Source: Nitrospirota bacterium (GTDB taxonomy: Bacteria > Nitrospirota > Thermodesulfovibrionia > Thermodesulfovibrionales > UBA9159). Taken from it: a DNA stretch of 64,000 bases. The stretch spans positions 416,001 to 480,000 of the forward strand of contig CAVOUE010000003.1 in the NCBI GenBank assembly GCA_963699545.1. The letters are read 5' to 3'. The notes under the pieces are model-generated. The model searched no databases. It was not told where the DNA came from and worked only from the letters and a program-made list of their open reading frames with translations. Every line of letters begins with the position of its first letter. The first letter of the stretch is position 1. Shown piece by piece: positions 33,185-42,707 of this stretch. The translations under genes and the position numbers were made by a program.

Positions 33185-33571
33185 ATGACAAGCAAGCAGA
33201 ATTACATGGCAAGGATGGAGCTGCACAGGCAGAACAGACTTGCAACGGGCCTGCTTTCGGAACGGTTTCCCCAGGTTTCAAGCATCCTGATCAACATGAC
33301 CTATTACCAGAAGGGAGCGAACCCCGTGCTCATGTTGCGCACTATTCATGTGCAACCCTCTGACTCTGCTTATTTCAACATGGACTGTCTGATAAAGGGC
33401 TGCATTGATGGCGGTTTTGACCTGACTTCGATAATCAAGAAGATGGTGAAAGCCAGAAAGAAGACCGTTAAGGGTAAGCTTGTATGTCGCGGCAAGACTG
33501 ATACCAATTCCGCTGACCATGCAAGTGTCGAGTACGAAATCGAGATGCGCTACAACAGGAAAACCCGGTAG
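33185..33571 (+). CDS. Hypothetical protein with C-x4-C...C pattern
   Basis: GGAGGAGG SD; clean ORF. Confidence 0.6.
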   Translation: MTSKQNYMARMELHRQNRLATGLLSERFPQVSSILINMTYYQKGANPVLMLRTIHVQPSDSAYFNMDCLIKGCIDGGFDLTSIIKKMVKARKKTVKGKLVCRGKTDTNSADHASVEYEIEMRYNRKTR

Positions 33572-33594
33572 GAAATCCTTTCCGCGGTGATCTC

Positions 33595-34786
33595 TTAAGA
33601 TGTTCCTCTCGCAGTATTCAGACGCCTCATCACTTCCATAAGGGGTATCCTGTATTTCCGTGCGATTCTCTTGCAGTCCTCGTACTCAGGGCAGACCTTG
33701 ACGGTCCCATCTCGCATCGTTGACACTTTTACCCTCACCTTTCCAAACTCCGTTTCTTGCGACTTCCCCTCACGATGCAGGACGAGTCTCGACGCCTCAT
33801 AAAATCTCAGCCCTATGGTGGTGGTCTCTCCCAATACGATATCCATGATGTCCGCCCTCTTTTCCTCGTGACACAACACGGTGAGCAGTATCCCCGGTCT
33901 GCCCTTTTTCATGATCACCTGGGTGAGAGAGACATCCAGTGCCCCGGAATCGAAAAGTCTTTCCATGACGTATTCGTACAACTGAGGGTTCATATCATCA
34001 ATATTTGTCTCGATGACCGTCACTTTGGGGAGGTGAGCCGACTCCTGCCGGGATATCTCCTCCCCGAGAAGGATCCCTCAGAACATTGGGAAATCCCTCA
34101 ATGTCCTTCTGCCCGGCGCCGTATCCTATGCGCTCCGTTGTCATCAGAGGCATATTCACGCGGCAGTCTGCCACTTCCCGCACGATTGCGGCGCCCGTAG
34201 GGGTTGTGAGCTCAAAGGGAATACCTGAAGTATGCACGGGGATACCTTTCAGCAGTTCTGCCGTGGCGGGGGCTGGCACAGGGAGTCTGCCGTGCTCTGT
34301 CGTAACAACGCCGCTTCCGAGGTTCAGTGCCGATGAATAGACCTTCTCAACTCCGAGGAGATGAAGTCCTACAAGTGTGCCGAAAACATCAACCATACAA
34401 TCCACCGCCCCGAGCTCATGGAGGTGTGCGCTGTTGAAAGCCTTGCCATGGACCTTGCCTTCGGCGGAAAAAAGCCTTTTGAAAATGCTGAGGCCTTTTT
34501 GCTTTATGTGGGAAGGTAGAGAAGAAGCCTTTATAATCTTCTCTACGTCTTTCCAGTTCCTTGCTGATCGCCGATCGCTGACCGCTGACCGCTTGATGAC
34601 GACATCAACCTTTGTAGCAGCGATGGAGCATCGTCTCACTTTTTTTGCGTGAAGCTTGTATCCTTTTACGGAAAGGGCACTGAGTCCCTGTTCGATCTCC
34701 TTGAGCGGAACGCCGGCATCCACAAGGGCTCCGAGGCACATGTCCCCACTGATCCCGGATGAGCAATCAAAATATACTATTCTCAA
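33595..34786 (-). CDS. larC: Nickel pincer cofactor biosynthesis protein (indel near 34030-34075)
   Basis: FDCSSGISGDM-LGAL, HLHELGAVD, HG-LPVPAPAT, ELTTPTGAA, ETNIDD, MKKGRPG, PEYEDC. Confidence 0.9.
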
Positions 34787-34878
34787 AATGACCTCCGTTC
34801 TCCTGTCATATAATACAAAACATAGCAGGTTTCATCCAGAGGCGGGTTTTCCACGATATAAATGTAGCAACTTATTTC

Positions 34879-34907
34879 TTGACATTTGCTAAATAAACGT
34901 GTAATAT
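34879..34907 (+). promoter_or_regulatory. sigma70 promoter at island start
   Basis: TTGACA, 17 nt, TAATAT; -35 flanked by inverted TAGCAA/TTGCTA. Confidence 0.7.
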
Positions 34908-34938
34908 TCTAACTATAATAACTTTAACTGGGAGATTT

Positions 34939-35157
34939 ATGGATCAGGAGAGCAGAAGTGAGCGATTCAAGAGGATAGCGGCGAAAAGGACGAACGATAT
35001 TCTTGAGAAAGTCAGGATACTCGGGAATTGTTCAAACAAGAGTTCTTATGAATATACAGAGGAAGAGATAAATAAGATTTTCTCTGAGATCGATAAGCAG
35101 CTTAAACTGACCAAGGCAAAGTTCTTGGGTGGGAAGAGGGAGAGGTTTAGATTGTGA
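34939..35157 (+). CDS. Small helical protein, possible regulator
   Basis: RFKRIAAKRTN...LGNCSN-SSYEY-EEEI-KIF; GGGAG SD; first gene behind the island promoter. Confidence 0.65.
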   Translation: MDQESRSERFKRIAAKRTNDILEKVRILGNCSNKSSYEYTEEEINKIFSEIDKQLKLTKAKFLGGKRERFRL

Positions 35158-35195
35158 GAGCGGCCGCAAATTGCGACCACAAATTTGGAGGATGA

Positions 35196-35717
35196 ATGAA
35201 GGCTCTAATTCCGGTTGAGATGATCGAGAGGAAAATATATTTGATACGCGGCCATAAAGTTATGTTGGATAGGGACTTAGCCGAACTATACGGAGTGGAA
35301 ACGCGTGTGTTGAATCAGGCTGTCCGCAGAAATATCGACCGATTCCCTGATGATTTCATGTTCTCATTGACCCGGGATGAGATCATGAACTTATCACAAA
35401 TTGTGATAAGTTCCCGAATCAAGCACGCTCCTAACGTCTTTGTTTTTACAGAGCAGGGAGTTGCTATGCTTTCCACTGCACTAAATAGCGAGCGAGCGAT
35501 ACAGGTGAATATTGCAATTATGAGGGCTTTTGTAAAATTAAGAGAAATTCTTTCGACACATAAAGAATTGGCTCACAAGCTGACGCAGCTTGAGAAAAAA
35601 ATAGAGAAACATGATGAGGAAATAAAACTCATTTTTGATGCTATTCGTCAGCTCATGACTCCGCCTGTTCCGAAGAAGAAAAAGATAGGATTCCACAGGG
35701 AAAAGGAAGTCGGGTAA
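35196..35717 (+). CDS. ORF6N (KilA-N-like) DNA-binding protein
   Basis: [46 protein letters not shown], KKIGF. Confidence 0.9.
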   Translation: [173 protein letters not shown]

Positions 35718-35797
35718 TGCATCTTATGAATACATATCAAGGCAGATTTCTGGCGAGGGAAGAGGTTAGATTGTGAGAGGGATAATATCTTGGTACC

Positions 35798-37207
35798 ATG
35801 AAACATAATACAAAAATGAGAAAAATTGCTTTTAACCGTATTTATGAAGGAGATGCGCGTTACCTTTCTTCAAGGTTGCCAACCAAGAGTATCATGGTTA
35901 CAATTACTTCCCCTCCATATTGGAACTTAAAAGATTATGGGGTAAAGAATCAAATTGGGTGGGGGCAAGAATACAAACAGTACTTGGATGATATTATATC
36001 TGTCTTTAAAGAAGTTTACAGAGCATCCAAAGATTCGGGATCTCTTTGGGTAGTATTGGACACTTTCAAACCCAATGGAAAAGTGAAGCTTCTTCCGTTT
36101 GAGTTCGCTGATAGACTTCAAAGCGAAATAGGGTGGCTATTACAAGATGTCATTATCTGGGACAAAGGCAAGACGTTGCCATGGTCTCGTACCGGACAAC
36201 TTAGAAATCAATTTGAATACTTGCTTTTTTTTTCCAAGACGCAGAACTTTAGGTATGAAATCGACCGGATTAAGGAAATAGATCTCAAGGAGTGGTGGGT
36301 AAAATATCCTGAGCGCTACAACCCAAAAGGTAAGGTTCCTTCGAATATTTGGTCGCTACCTATACCTGTACAAGGTAGCTGGAGTTCGAATGGGCTTCGT
36401 CACGCGTGCCCCTTCCCTACTTCGTTAGTTGAGAAGGTGATACTCCTCACTACAGATCCTGACAAACATCACGTTGTTTTCGATCCTTTTGCAGGATCAG
36501 GGATAGTATTAGCTATGGCTGAGCAAATGGAGCGAGGTTTTTTGGGTTTCGAGCTCAACTCAAGATTTGTCGAAATGTATCAAAAAGAGGTAAAGAAGAC
36601 CGTTAAGAGAGAATGGACTAAACGATCTGACCATTTGAATAGCATAGAGGATCGGCGGGCACACCTTGAAACTCAAATTAAAAAGCTGAGGGTTACAAAG
36701 TATCCCAAACTATTGGCAAGATTAGTTGGCAAGACCATGCCGAAGACATCCCCTTTTCTACGAGGAATACTGGCACTTTCTTCTGATGCTATAGTAAACC
36801 CCTCGGCGACCACGAAACATGATGCATCGCTGTTCATGAAGATATTTCTAATTACTGAAAACATTAGCAACAAGGCTACCCTGATTGAAACACTGCAGAG
36901 GATTGCATCTAAGCCGCCCCTCTCAAAGTTTGGTATTAATGCTCAAATCAGCATTGTGACATTGGATGACCTCGAGAATCTACAACCAAGTTTTGGTATC
37001 TCAGCAAATAAAAGACTTTGGCTTTACAAACACGGCAAAACATACAAGTTTAATGCGGAAACTACGTTAAAGAAATGGTTATCAAATATTCAATTTCATT
37101 GGAAGCCGTCCAAAACCAATATTACATATCCAGTAATTGCGTCAAATGTGGCTGTGTCTCAAATAATAGAGAGAACATGGTCTCCCAAGAATGCGGATGG
37201 AGAATAA
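35798..37207 (+). CDS. Beta-class N4-C/N6-A DNA methyltransferase with ~200-aa C-terminal extension
   Basis: TSPPY precedes H-CPFP and DPFAGSG. Confidence 0.9.
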   Translation: MKHNTKMRKIAFNRIYEGDARYLSSRLPTKSIMVTITSPPYWNLKDYGVKNQIGWGQEYKQYLDDIISVFKEVYRASKDSGSLWVVLDTFKPNGKVKLLPFEFADRLQSEIGWLLQDVIIWDKGKTLPWSRTGQLRNQFEYLLFFSKTQNFRYEIDRIKEIDLKEWWVKYPERYNPKGKVPSNIWSLPIPVQGSWSSNGLRHACPFPTSLVEKVILLTTDPDKHHVVFDPFAGSGIVLAMAEQMERGFLGFELNSRFVEMYQKEVKKTVKREWTKRSDHLNSIEDRRAHLETQIKKLRVTKYPKLLARLVGKTMPKTSPFLRGILALSSDAIVNPSATTKHDASLFMKIFLITENISNKATLIETLQRIASKPPLSKFGINAQISIVTLDDLENLQPSFGISANKRLWLYKHGKTYKFNAETTLKKWLSNIQFHWKPSKTNITYPVIASNVAVSQIIERTWSPKNADGE

Positions 37208-37239
37208 AGTCGATATCAAGAAGGAGAAATCCATCATTT

Positions 37240-37926
37240 ATGACAGACCGAAAATTTAGAGACAAATCTGATCTTCTGAAGCTTAGTCATTTTGATGCAA
37301 AGACTTATGAGCATTATGCTTTAACTTCTTTAACAGCCTATTGTATATACTGGTTGCAGGAATGGGGCATCACGTCTACCCTAGAAACCCTATCTGTTGC
37401 AAGTCATAGAATGTTTCCCATTAAGTTCGCTATGGTTGGCTGGCCTCAATTTCCTGATATTAATCGAACAAATAGATCAGTTCTTCAGATGCGTCCCAAA
37501 TACCGTAATTTAGCTACATCTGCCTCAGATAAGGGTGTCTTCCTAAATCAAAACGGAATACAAGAGGCAAGAGCGCTTATAGAAAAACTGGGGCCACCTA
37601 TTCTTGAGGGTGAACCACAGCAACCAATCAATCCCTCAGTAAGACGAGAGAGAGGAACTGGTAAGCCGAGCGGCGTCCACGCAGAGGACAAAGTAGAGCA
37701 GCTCCGGAAGTCGTATATTTTTGATCTCTATTTGCATTCAAGATTTGATGAGGCAGAAGCAATTGATCTGATTCAGTTGCTCAATGTCTATGATCACACG
37801 CCCTCTCGTGTGAAGAAACTGAAACTAAAGGAATATGTAGATTCTGCAAATGAGCTGAATGACAAAGAAGCATTGGATTTTCTATCAAGGATATCCGAGC
37901 GCTTCAGCAAGTATTTGAATAAATAA
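37240..37926 (+). CDS. Hypothetical protein (possible wHTH)
   Basis: AAGGAG upstream; motif HRMFPIKFAMVGWPQFPD; lies between the MTase and the ATPase. Confidence 0.65.
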   Translation: MTDRKFRDKSDLLKLSHFDAKTYEHYALTSLTAYCIYWLQEWGITSTLETLSVASHRMFPIKFAMVGWPQFPDINRTNRSVLQMRPKYRNLATSASDKGVFLNQNGIQEARALIEKLGPPILEGEPQQPINPSVRRERGTGKPSGVHAEDKVEQLRKSYIFDLYLHSRFDEAEAIDLIQLLNVYDHTPSRVKKLKLKEYVDSANELNDKEALDFLSRISERFSKYLNK

Positions 37927-37961
37927 ATGCAATTGATTCTCAAGACTGACTGGAGGATAAC

Positions 37962-40352
37962 ATGACCTCAACATTTGAATTTGAAATGAAAATGGCTAGC
38001 AGAGAATGGTTAAGACAATTCTATACGGCCGTTGTGAGAAGCATAGCAAAAACAATTACTGAGCCTGTTACCAATTCAGATACATCGTACAAACGAAAAT
38101 TGGATCTATCAGATGCATCTGGAATAGTTGACGAAGCCCTTTCCATTAAGAAAGGGACTATGTTTGATCTTTCTAACATAAAAGCCAGCCTTATGGATTC
38201 AAAACTTGAAAGAAATATCGACATTCACATTTACACAGCAAAAGGTCATGGGCGCGAGTCACGGACATGCGAAATAGTAGATTTTGCAGAGGGGTTGAGT
38301 TCAGACCAACTCAAGGATGCATTCGAAGTTTTTGCCGCAGACAAATCAACAGTTTCAAAACACAGACCTGGAAGAAGTCTCTTCGGGCGGGGTGTTAGTG
38401 ACGTTTTATTGGGTCACAAGCAAGGAACTTTTTTTAGTTATCATGACGGAATTCTTAGCGAGGCTGAATTCAGCTTTGATCCTACTAAGGACAAGGCTCC
38501 TAAAGGAAGAGTGACGGTGACAGCAAAGCCTAAGGCTTCAGATTTAAGAGAAATACACCTTCGACCAGGAGAGAATGGCTCGTGTGTTCGTTTTATGCTG
38601 CATGATGATTGTCGCATTCCTGAAGAGGGAACGATTATTCCTTATTTGGCTGAGTTCTACATGCTTCGCCTAATAAATGCAGATCCAAATATTAAGGTAA
38701 GAGTTTTCCAATATAGGAGCGGGAGAAAGATTATAGAGGATACTCTCGATTATGATTTCCCTATCGGTGATGTAATAGATAACTTTTCTCTTACAATCGA
38801 TAAGCCAGTGAAAGACGTAGCCCTTCCATCTTTAAACATTAAAGGAATAGTCTGTCGAGCAAATATTAAAGGGGGGCTTCCGGGTGGTAAAGATAGAGAG
38901 CAAAGAGCAAATGGGCTGCTAATTGTAGATGAAAAGGATGCAGTTCTTGACTTGACCTTTTTGCCTCGGTTCGAGGATGCCCCTTATCTGAAGAATATTT
39001 TTGGAATTGTCCGCATACAAAATATTCGAAATGTTTTTGACTGGTATCTTAATAACGGTAAAGATTCACCCCTCACGACGAGCAGAGACGGTTTTGATCT
39101 AAAACATGAATTCACAAAAGTGCTTTTTAAGGAACTTTCCGATCGTCTTGAGCCAATTTACAAGCGTGAAGAGGAACGCTTCAATAAGACATTTACTGAA
39201 GATATATCAAAGGAAACAAGACAACGGATCAACGACGCTATTAAGGAACTGAACAAGTACTTGAAGGATCTTATAGGCGAAGGTGAAGGAGATGGCCCTG
39301 AGCCAACCACACCTTGTATTGATCCCGATAAAGTCTTGCAGTTTGTTCCCGACAAGATAAAGCTTACACTCGGGCGCCCTCGTCCTATTAGGCTATTCCT
39401 AAAAAAGGATACCGCGAAACTCAGTGGTGGTATTATCTGTGATGCAAACAATGAAAAAATTGAAATCTCACCTCTTTCCCACCAAATTTCCGATGGTCGG
39501 AAAGAAGGCGCTTATTTAGTATATGTGCTAACGCTCAAATGTGACTCTTTACACGAAAACGCTGTGATTACGGCTCTTGCTGACGGACAAAAAGAGACCA
39601 TTGAAGCAACCCTCGAAGTGGTAGATGTGACATCAGGTGCTAATATCAGCTCCCCAGATGAAATGGAGTTCAGACCCGCAGAGTCAAGCGGCCGCCCAAA
39701 TCGCAATAATTACATCGCCCTTTACATAAATGATAAAGTGATCCCATTGGGAAGGAAGATAAAAATGGAGTTAGAAAAAACTCATGGGGCAATAGGACTT
39801 TGGGAGAATGAGAAAAGAGCCGATGAGCTATCAATAACATTCGAAAAGAAACACATCATTTCTGGTACCAATATAGGGCGTATATTGGTACCTTGGCGAG
39901 GAACGGGCTGGGGACAATCAGCGCGAATTACGGCGAAAACAAAAAAACCGGATGGCAATACAGTATACGCAACAGGGAAAATACTTCTTGAACAGCCGGA
40001 AGAGGAAGGCGGAATTATAAAAGACGTTAAATATCGACCTCTTGAGAATGACATGTGCTCCCATATAGTGGATGGGATTATTTATATCAACAGTAATCAC
40101 TATCTCAATAAGGTCGTGTTTGGCCCCGATGAGAAATCATATGCCCAGAAAATCGATAATGATCGAACAGCACAATATAGATTTTCTGCCGTGGTGGTCG
40201 AGCAAGGTGTTTTTAGACTTGCGGAGCAAAGCTATTTTGATGATGCATTGCAAATAAATCCAGAGGCCCCGGTCACTAGTTTGCGGGAGTTTATTGATAA
40301 GCAAACAAATGTCGCTGCACCCAAGATAATTAAAGCGTTTATGACCAAATGA
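37962..40352 (+). CDS. Large GHKL (MORC/Hsp90-like) ATPase
   Basis: Bergerat boxes EPVTNSD, DFAEG and RSLFGRG; later SRDGF and a C-terminal IYINSNH motif; GGAGG SD. Confidence 0.75.
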   Translation: MTSTFEFEMKMASREWLRQFYTAVVRSIAKTITEPVTNSDTSYKRKLDLSDASGIVDEALSIKKGTMFDLSNIKASLMDSKLERNIDIHIYTAKGHGRESRTCEIVDFAEGLSSDQLKDAFEVFAADKSTVSKHRPGRSLFGRGVSDVLLGHKQGTFFSYHDGILSEAEFSFDPTKDKAPKGRVTVTAKPKASDLREIHLRPGENGSCVRFMLHDDCRIPEEGTIIPYLAEFYMLRLINADPNIKVRVFQYRSGRKIIEDTLDYDFPIGDVIDNFSLTIDKPVKDVALPSLNIKGIVCRANIKGGLPGGKDREQRANGLLIVDEKDAVLDLTFLPRFEDAPYLKNIFGIVRIQNIRNVFDWYLNNGKDSPLTTSRDGFDLKHEFTKVLFKELSDRLEPIYKREEERFNKTFTEDISKETRQRINDAIKELNKYLKDLIGEGEGDGPEPTTPCIDPDKVLQFVPDKIKLTLGRPRPIRLFLKKDTAKLSGGIICDANNEKIEISPLSHQISDGRKEGAYLVYVLTLKCDSLHENAVITALADGQKETIEATLEVVDVTSGANISSPDEMEFRPAESSGRPNRNNYIALYINDKVIPLGRKIKMELEKTHGAIGLWENEKRADELSITFEKKHIISGTNIGRILVPWRGTGWGQSARITAKTKKPDGNTVYATGKILLEQPEEEGGIIKDVKYRPLENDMCSHIVDGIIYINSNHYLNKVVFGPDEKSYAQKIDNDRTAQYRFSAVVVEQGVFRLAEQSYFDDALQINPEAPVTSLREFIDKQTNVAAPKIIKAFMTK

Positions 40353-40422
40353 AAGACATCCTAGAGAAAGTCGACTCCATCAAATCCCTTCTTGACGGTG
40401 AGGACTTAAAAGGAATTTAACG

Positions 40423-41462
40423 ATGTTCAAGCCGAATTTCAGATATACGAATAAAATTGTGAAGGATCTGACACAGATATCTGCTGCGAGAGAACTCATC
40501 CTGAATGCCCCTTTTATCCCTAAGTGGGAAGTGGCCATTCGTCGAGAAGCAATTATACGGAGTGCTCATTCTTCTACAGCAATCGAAGGGAACAGGTTAT
40601 CTCTTGAGCAGGTAAGTGATCTAGCCCAGGGACGCGAAGTAATGGCAACACGCAAGGATAAGCAGGAGGTCCTAAATTATCTGCATGTGCTTGAAACTAT
40701 CGGGAAATTGGCCGCTGATGGAACAATTACAGAGAAAACTATTCTCAAAATCCACAAAATCTTAACCCGGGATACGTTAGAGAATCCTTCTGATTGCGGC
40801 GCATACCGCAGACGTTATGTTGTGATCGGAAACAGACTAACAGGAGAAGTTATTTTCAGACCGCCTTCAAACGAAGATGTCCCGAAATTAATGGGGGGGC
40901 GCTGGTTGTATGGCTGAATTCCTCTGAGGCACAGGCCCTTGACCCTATCATTGAGGCCGGCGTAGCTCACTATGAATTTGTAAGAATACATCCTTTTATA
41001 GATGGAAACGGAAGAACGGCCCGTGCTCTGTCAACGTTGATACTTTATCTTCGAGGCTTTGACGCAAAGCAATTTTTCTGTCTTGACGACTATTATGACA
41101 CAGACAGGCCGACATACTACCGGGTTTTACAGAGTGTGGATCAGAAGACCCTCGACCTGACCGGATGGCTTGAGTACTTTGTCGAAGGCGTCACAGTGAG
41201 CATCGCTGCTGTGAAGGAGAGTGTTATCCGCCTCAGCAGCGAAAGGCTGAGAAGAACGAAGAAAGGCCAGATAGCCCTCACCGAGAGGCAGATGAAGATT
41301 TTGGAAAGGATAATCCAGGATAGTAAGATAACTGTTGGCGAGGTTGCTGAGATGTTCGGGATAACCAGGCAGGCAGCACTGAAAGAAATAAACAAATTGG
41401 TAAGCATGAAAGTTGTTCTGCTGAAAGGAAAAGGCAGAGGGGCAAATTATGTGCTTGCATGA
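40423..41462 (+). CDS. Fic-family protein with C-terminal wHTH (frameshift in G7 run near 40895)
   Basis: HPFIDGNGRTAR catalytic motif and N-terminal STAIEGN inhibitory motif. Confidence 0.9.
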
Positions 41463-41466
41463 AAAT

Positions 41467-41502
41467 GGTTGTCATTTAGGTTGTCATTTCGGTTGTCGTT
41501 TC
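41467..41502. repeat. Three 12-bp tandem repeats
   Basis: GGTTGTCATTTA GGTTGTCATTTC GGTTGTCGTTTC. Confidence 0.85.
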
Positions 41503-41547
41503 TTCGCGGTGGAAGCTTTGCTTATAGGTTGATTATCAGCAATAAGA

Positions 41548-41569
41548 AGGCGGGGTTTCGCCCCCGCCT
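41548..41569 (-). terminator. Probable terminator of the cytochrome c biogenesis genes
   Basis: AGGCGGGG/CCCCGCCT stem with T-rich tail on the minus strand. Confidence 0.55.
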
Positions 41570-41615
41570 GTCATTATCCAAAATTTTCCCGGAACTTCGC
41601 CGAAATTACTCCACC

Positions 41616-42704
41616 CTACTCCATGCTTCCGTAGCTGTGCAAACCCGAAAGGAGCAGGTTGACTCCCAGATAGGTAAAGATAACCATCACAAAGCCCACG
41701 ACGGCGACCACCGCTGCCTTCTTCCCCCTCCATCCTCTGAGCAGCCGCGAATGGAGATAGAAGGCGTAGGCAAACCATGAGATCAGGGACCATGTCTCTT
41801 TGGGGTCCCAACTCCAGTAGACTCCCCATGCCTGGTCAGCCCATATGGCGCCGAAAATGAGACCGCCCAGAGTGAAGATGGGGAACCCGATGGCAATGCT
41901 CTTATAGGTGATATCATCAAGAATCTCCGGAGAAAGGGAAAAGGCACCGACGACCTTCTTCAGAAGATGTCCGTATCTCCAGAACATGAAGACGAAGACG
42001 ACGGCGGCAACCCAGCTCAGGACCGAAACCAGGGGCGAGTGGCTGAAGAAAGAGGCCTTGAACAGGAAGCTCTTTATCAGGACATCGGGATTCTTGATAA
42101 GTACCTTAAAAGAGAGATAATCCAGGCCCATGGCCACGAGAAGCACAATGAATGCCGCTGTGGCGACCGTCCAGAAGATGTAGGACGGCTCGTTTCTCTT
42201 CTCTGTCTTCAGGATGAGATACATGAGGCCTGTGCTGAAGGCAAGGGCGAAAGTGGAATAGGCGATAAAACTCATAAGCACGTGGACCAGAAGCCAGTTG
42301 CTCTGAAGCGCCGGGACAAGGGGGTGAATGCCCTTGTCCATGCCCGTGAGATCGATAAAGGCCAGGGCAAGAGCCGCAATAGGCGTCACAAATGCCCCGA
42401 AGGACCGGTTCCTGTACTTAAATTCGATGATCAGATATCCCAGAATGAGGCACCAGACAAAGAAGACGAGGGATTCATAGAGGTTGGTAAAGGGCGCAGC
42501 CCTCAGCCATCCCATCTGACCGACGTTCTTGAACTCTATCCATCGTGCTCCTATCGCAAAGGTCTGCGAGATGAAACCGATGACCGTCACTGTTGTGGCC
42601 GTGATCCCGATCTGGGGTGTTTTGAACGCAAGATACGTTATGTAAATTATCATGGCAACGACATATGCCACGGTCGAGATTCCGAATAATGTTGAACTAT
42701 CCAT
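41616..42704 (-). CDS. ccsA: System II cytochrome c synthase (CcsA/ResC)
   Basis: LVPALQS-WL--HV and the WWD domain GAIWA--AWG-YWSWDPKETW, GLHSY. Confidence 0.95.
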   Translation of the reverse strand: MDSSTLFGISTVAYVVAMIIYITYLAFKTPQIGITATTVTVIGFISQTFAIGARWIEFKNVGQMGWLRAAPFTNLYESLVFFVWCLILGYLIIEFKYRNRSFGAFVTPIAALALAFIDLTGMDKGIHPLVPALQSNWLLVHVLMSFIAYSTFALAFSTGLMYLILKTEKRNEPSYIFWTVATAAFIVLLVAMGLDYLSFKVLIKNPDVLIKSFLFKASFFSHSPLVSVLSWVAAVVFVFMFWRYGHLLKKVVGAFSLSPEILDDITYKSIAIGFPIFTLGGLIFGAIWADQAWGVYWSWDPKETWSLISWFAYAFYLHSRLLRGWRGKKAAVVAVVGFVMVIFTYLGVNLLLSGLHSYGSME

Positions 42705-42707
42705 AAA

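Noticed and set aside
34939-41462. Prophage, suggested by ORF6N
   Set aside because: No integrase, structural, terminase or lysis genes
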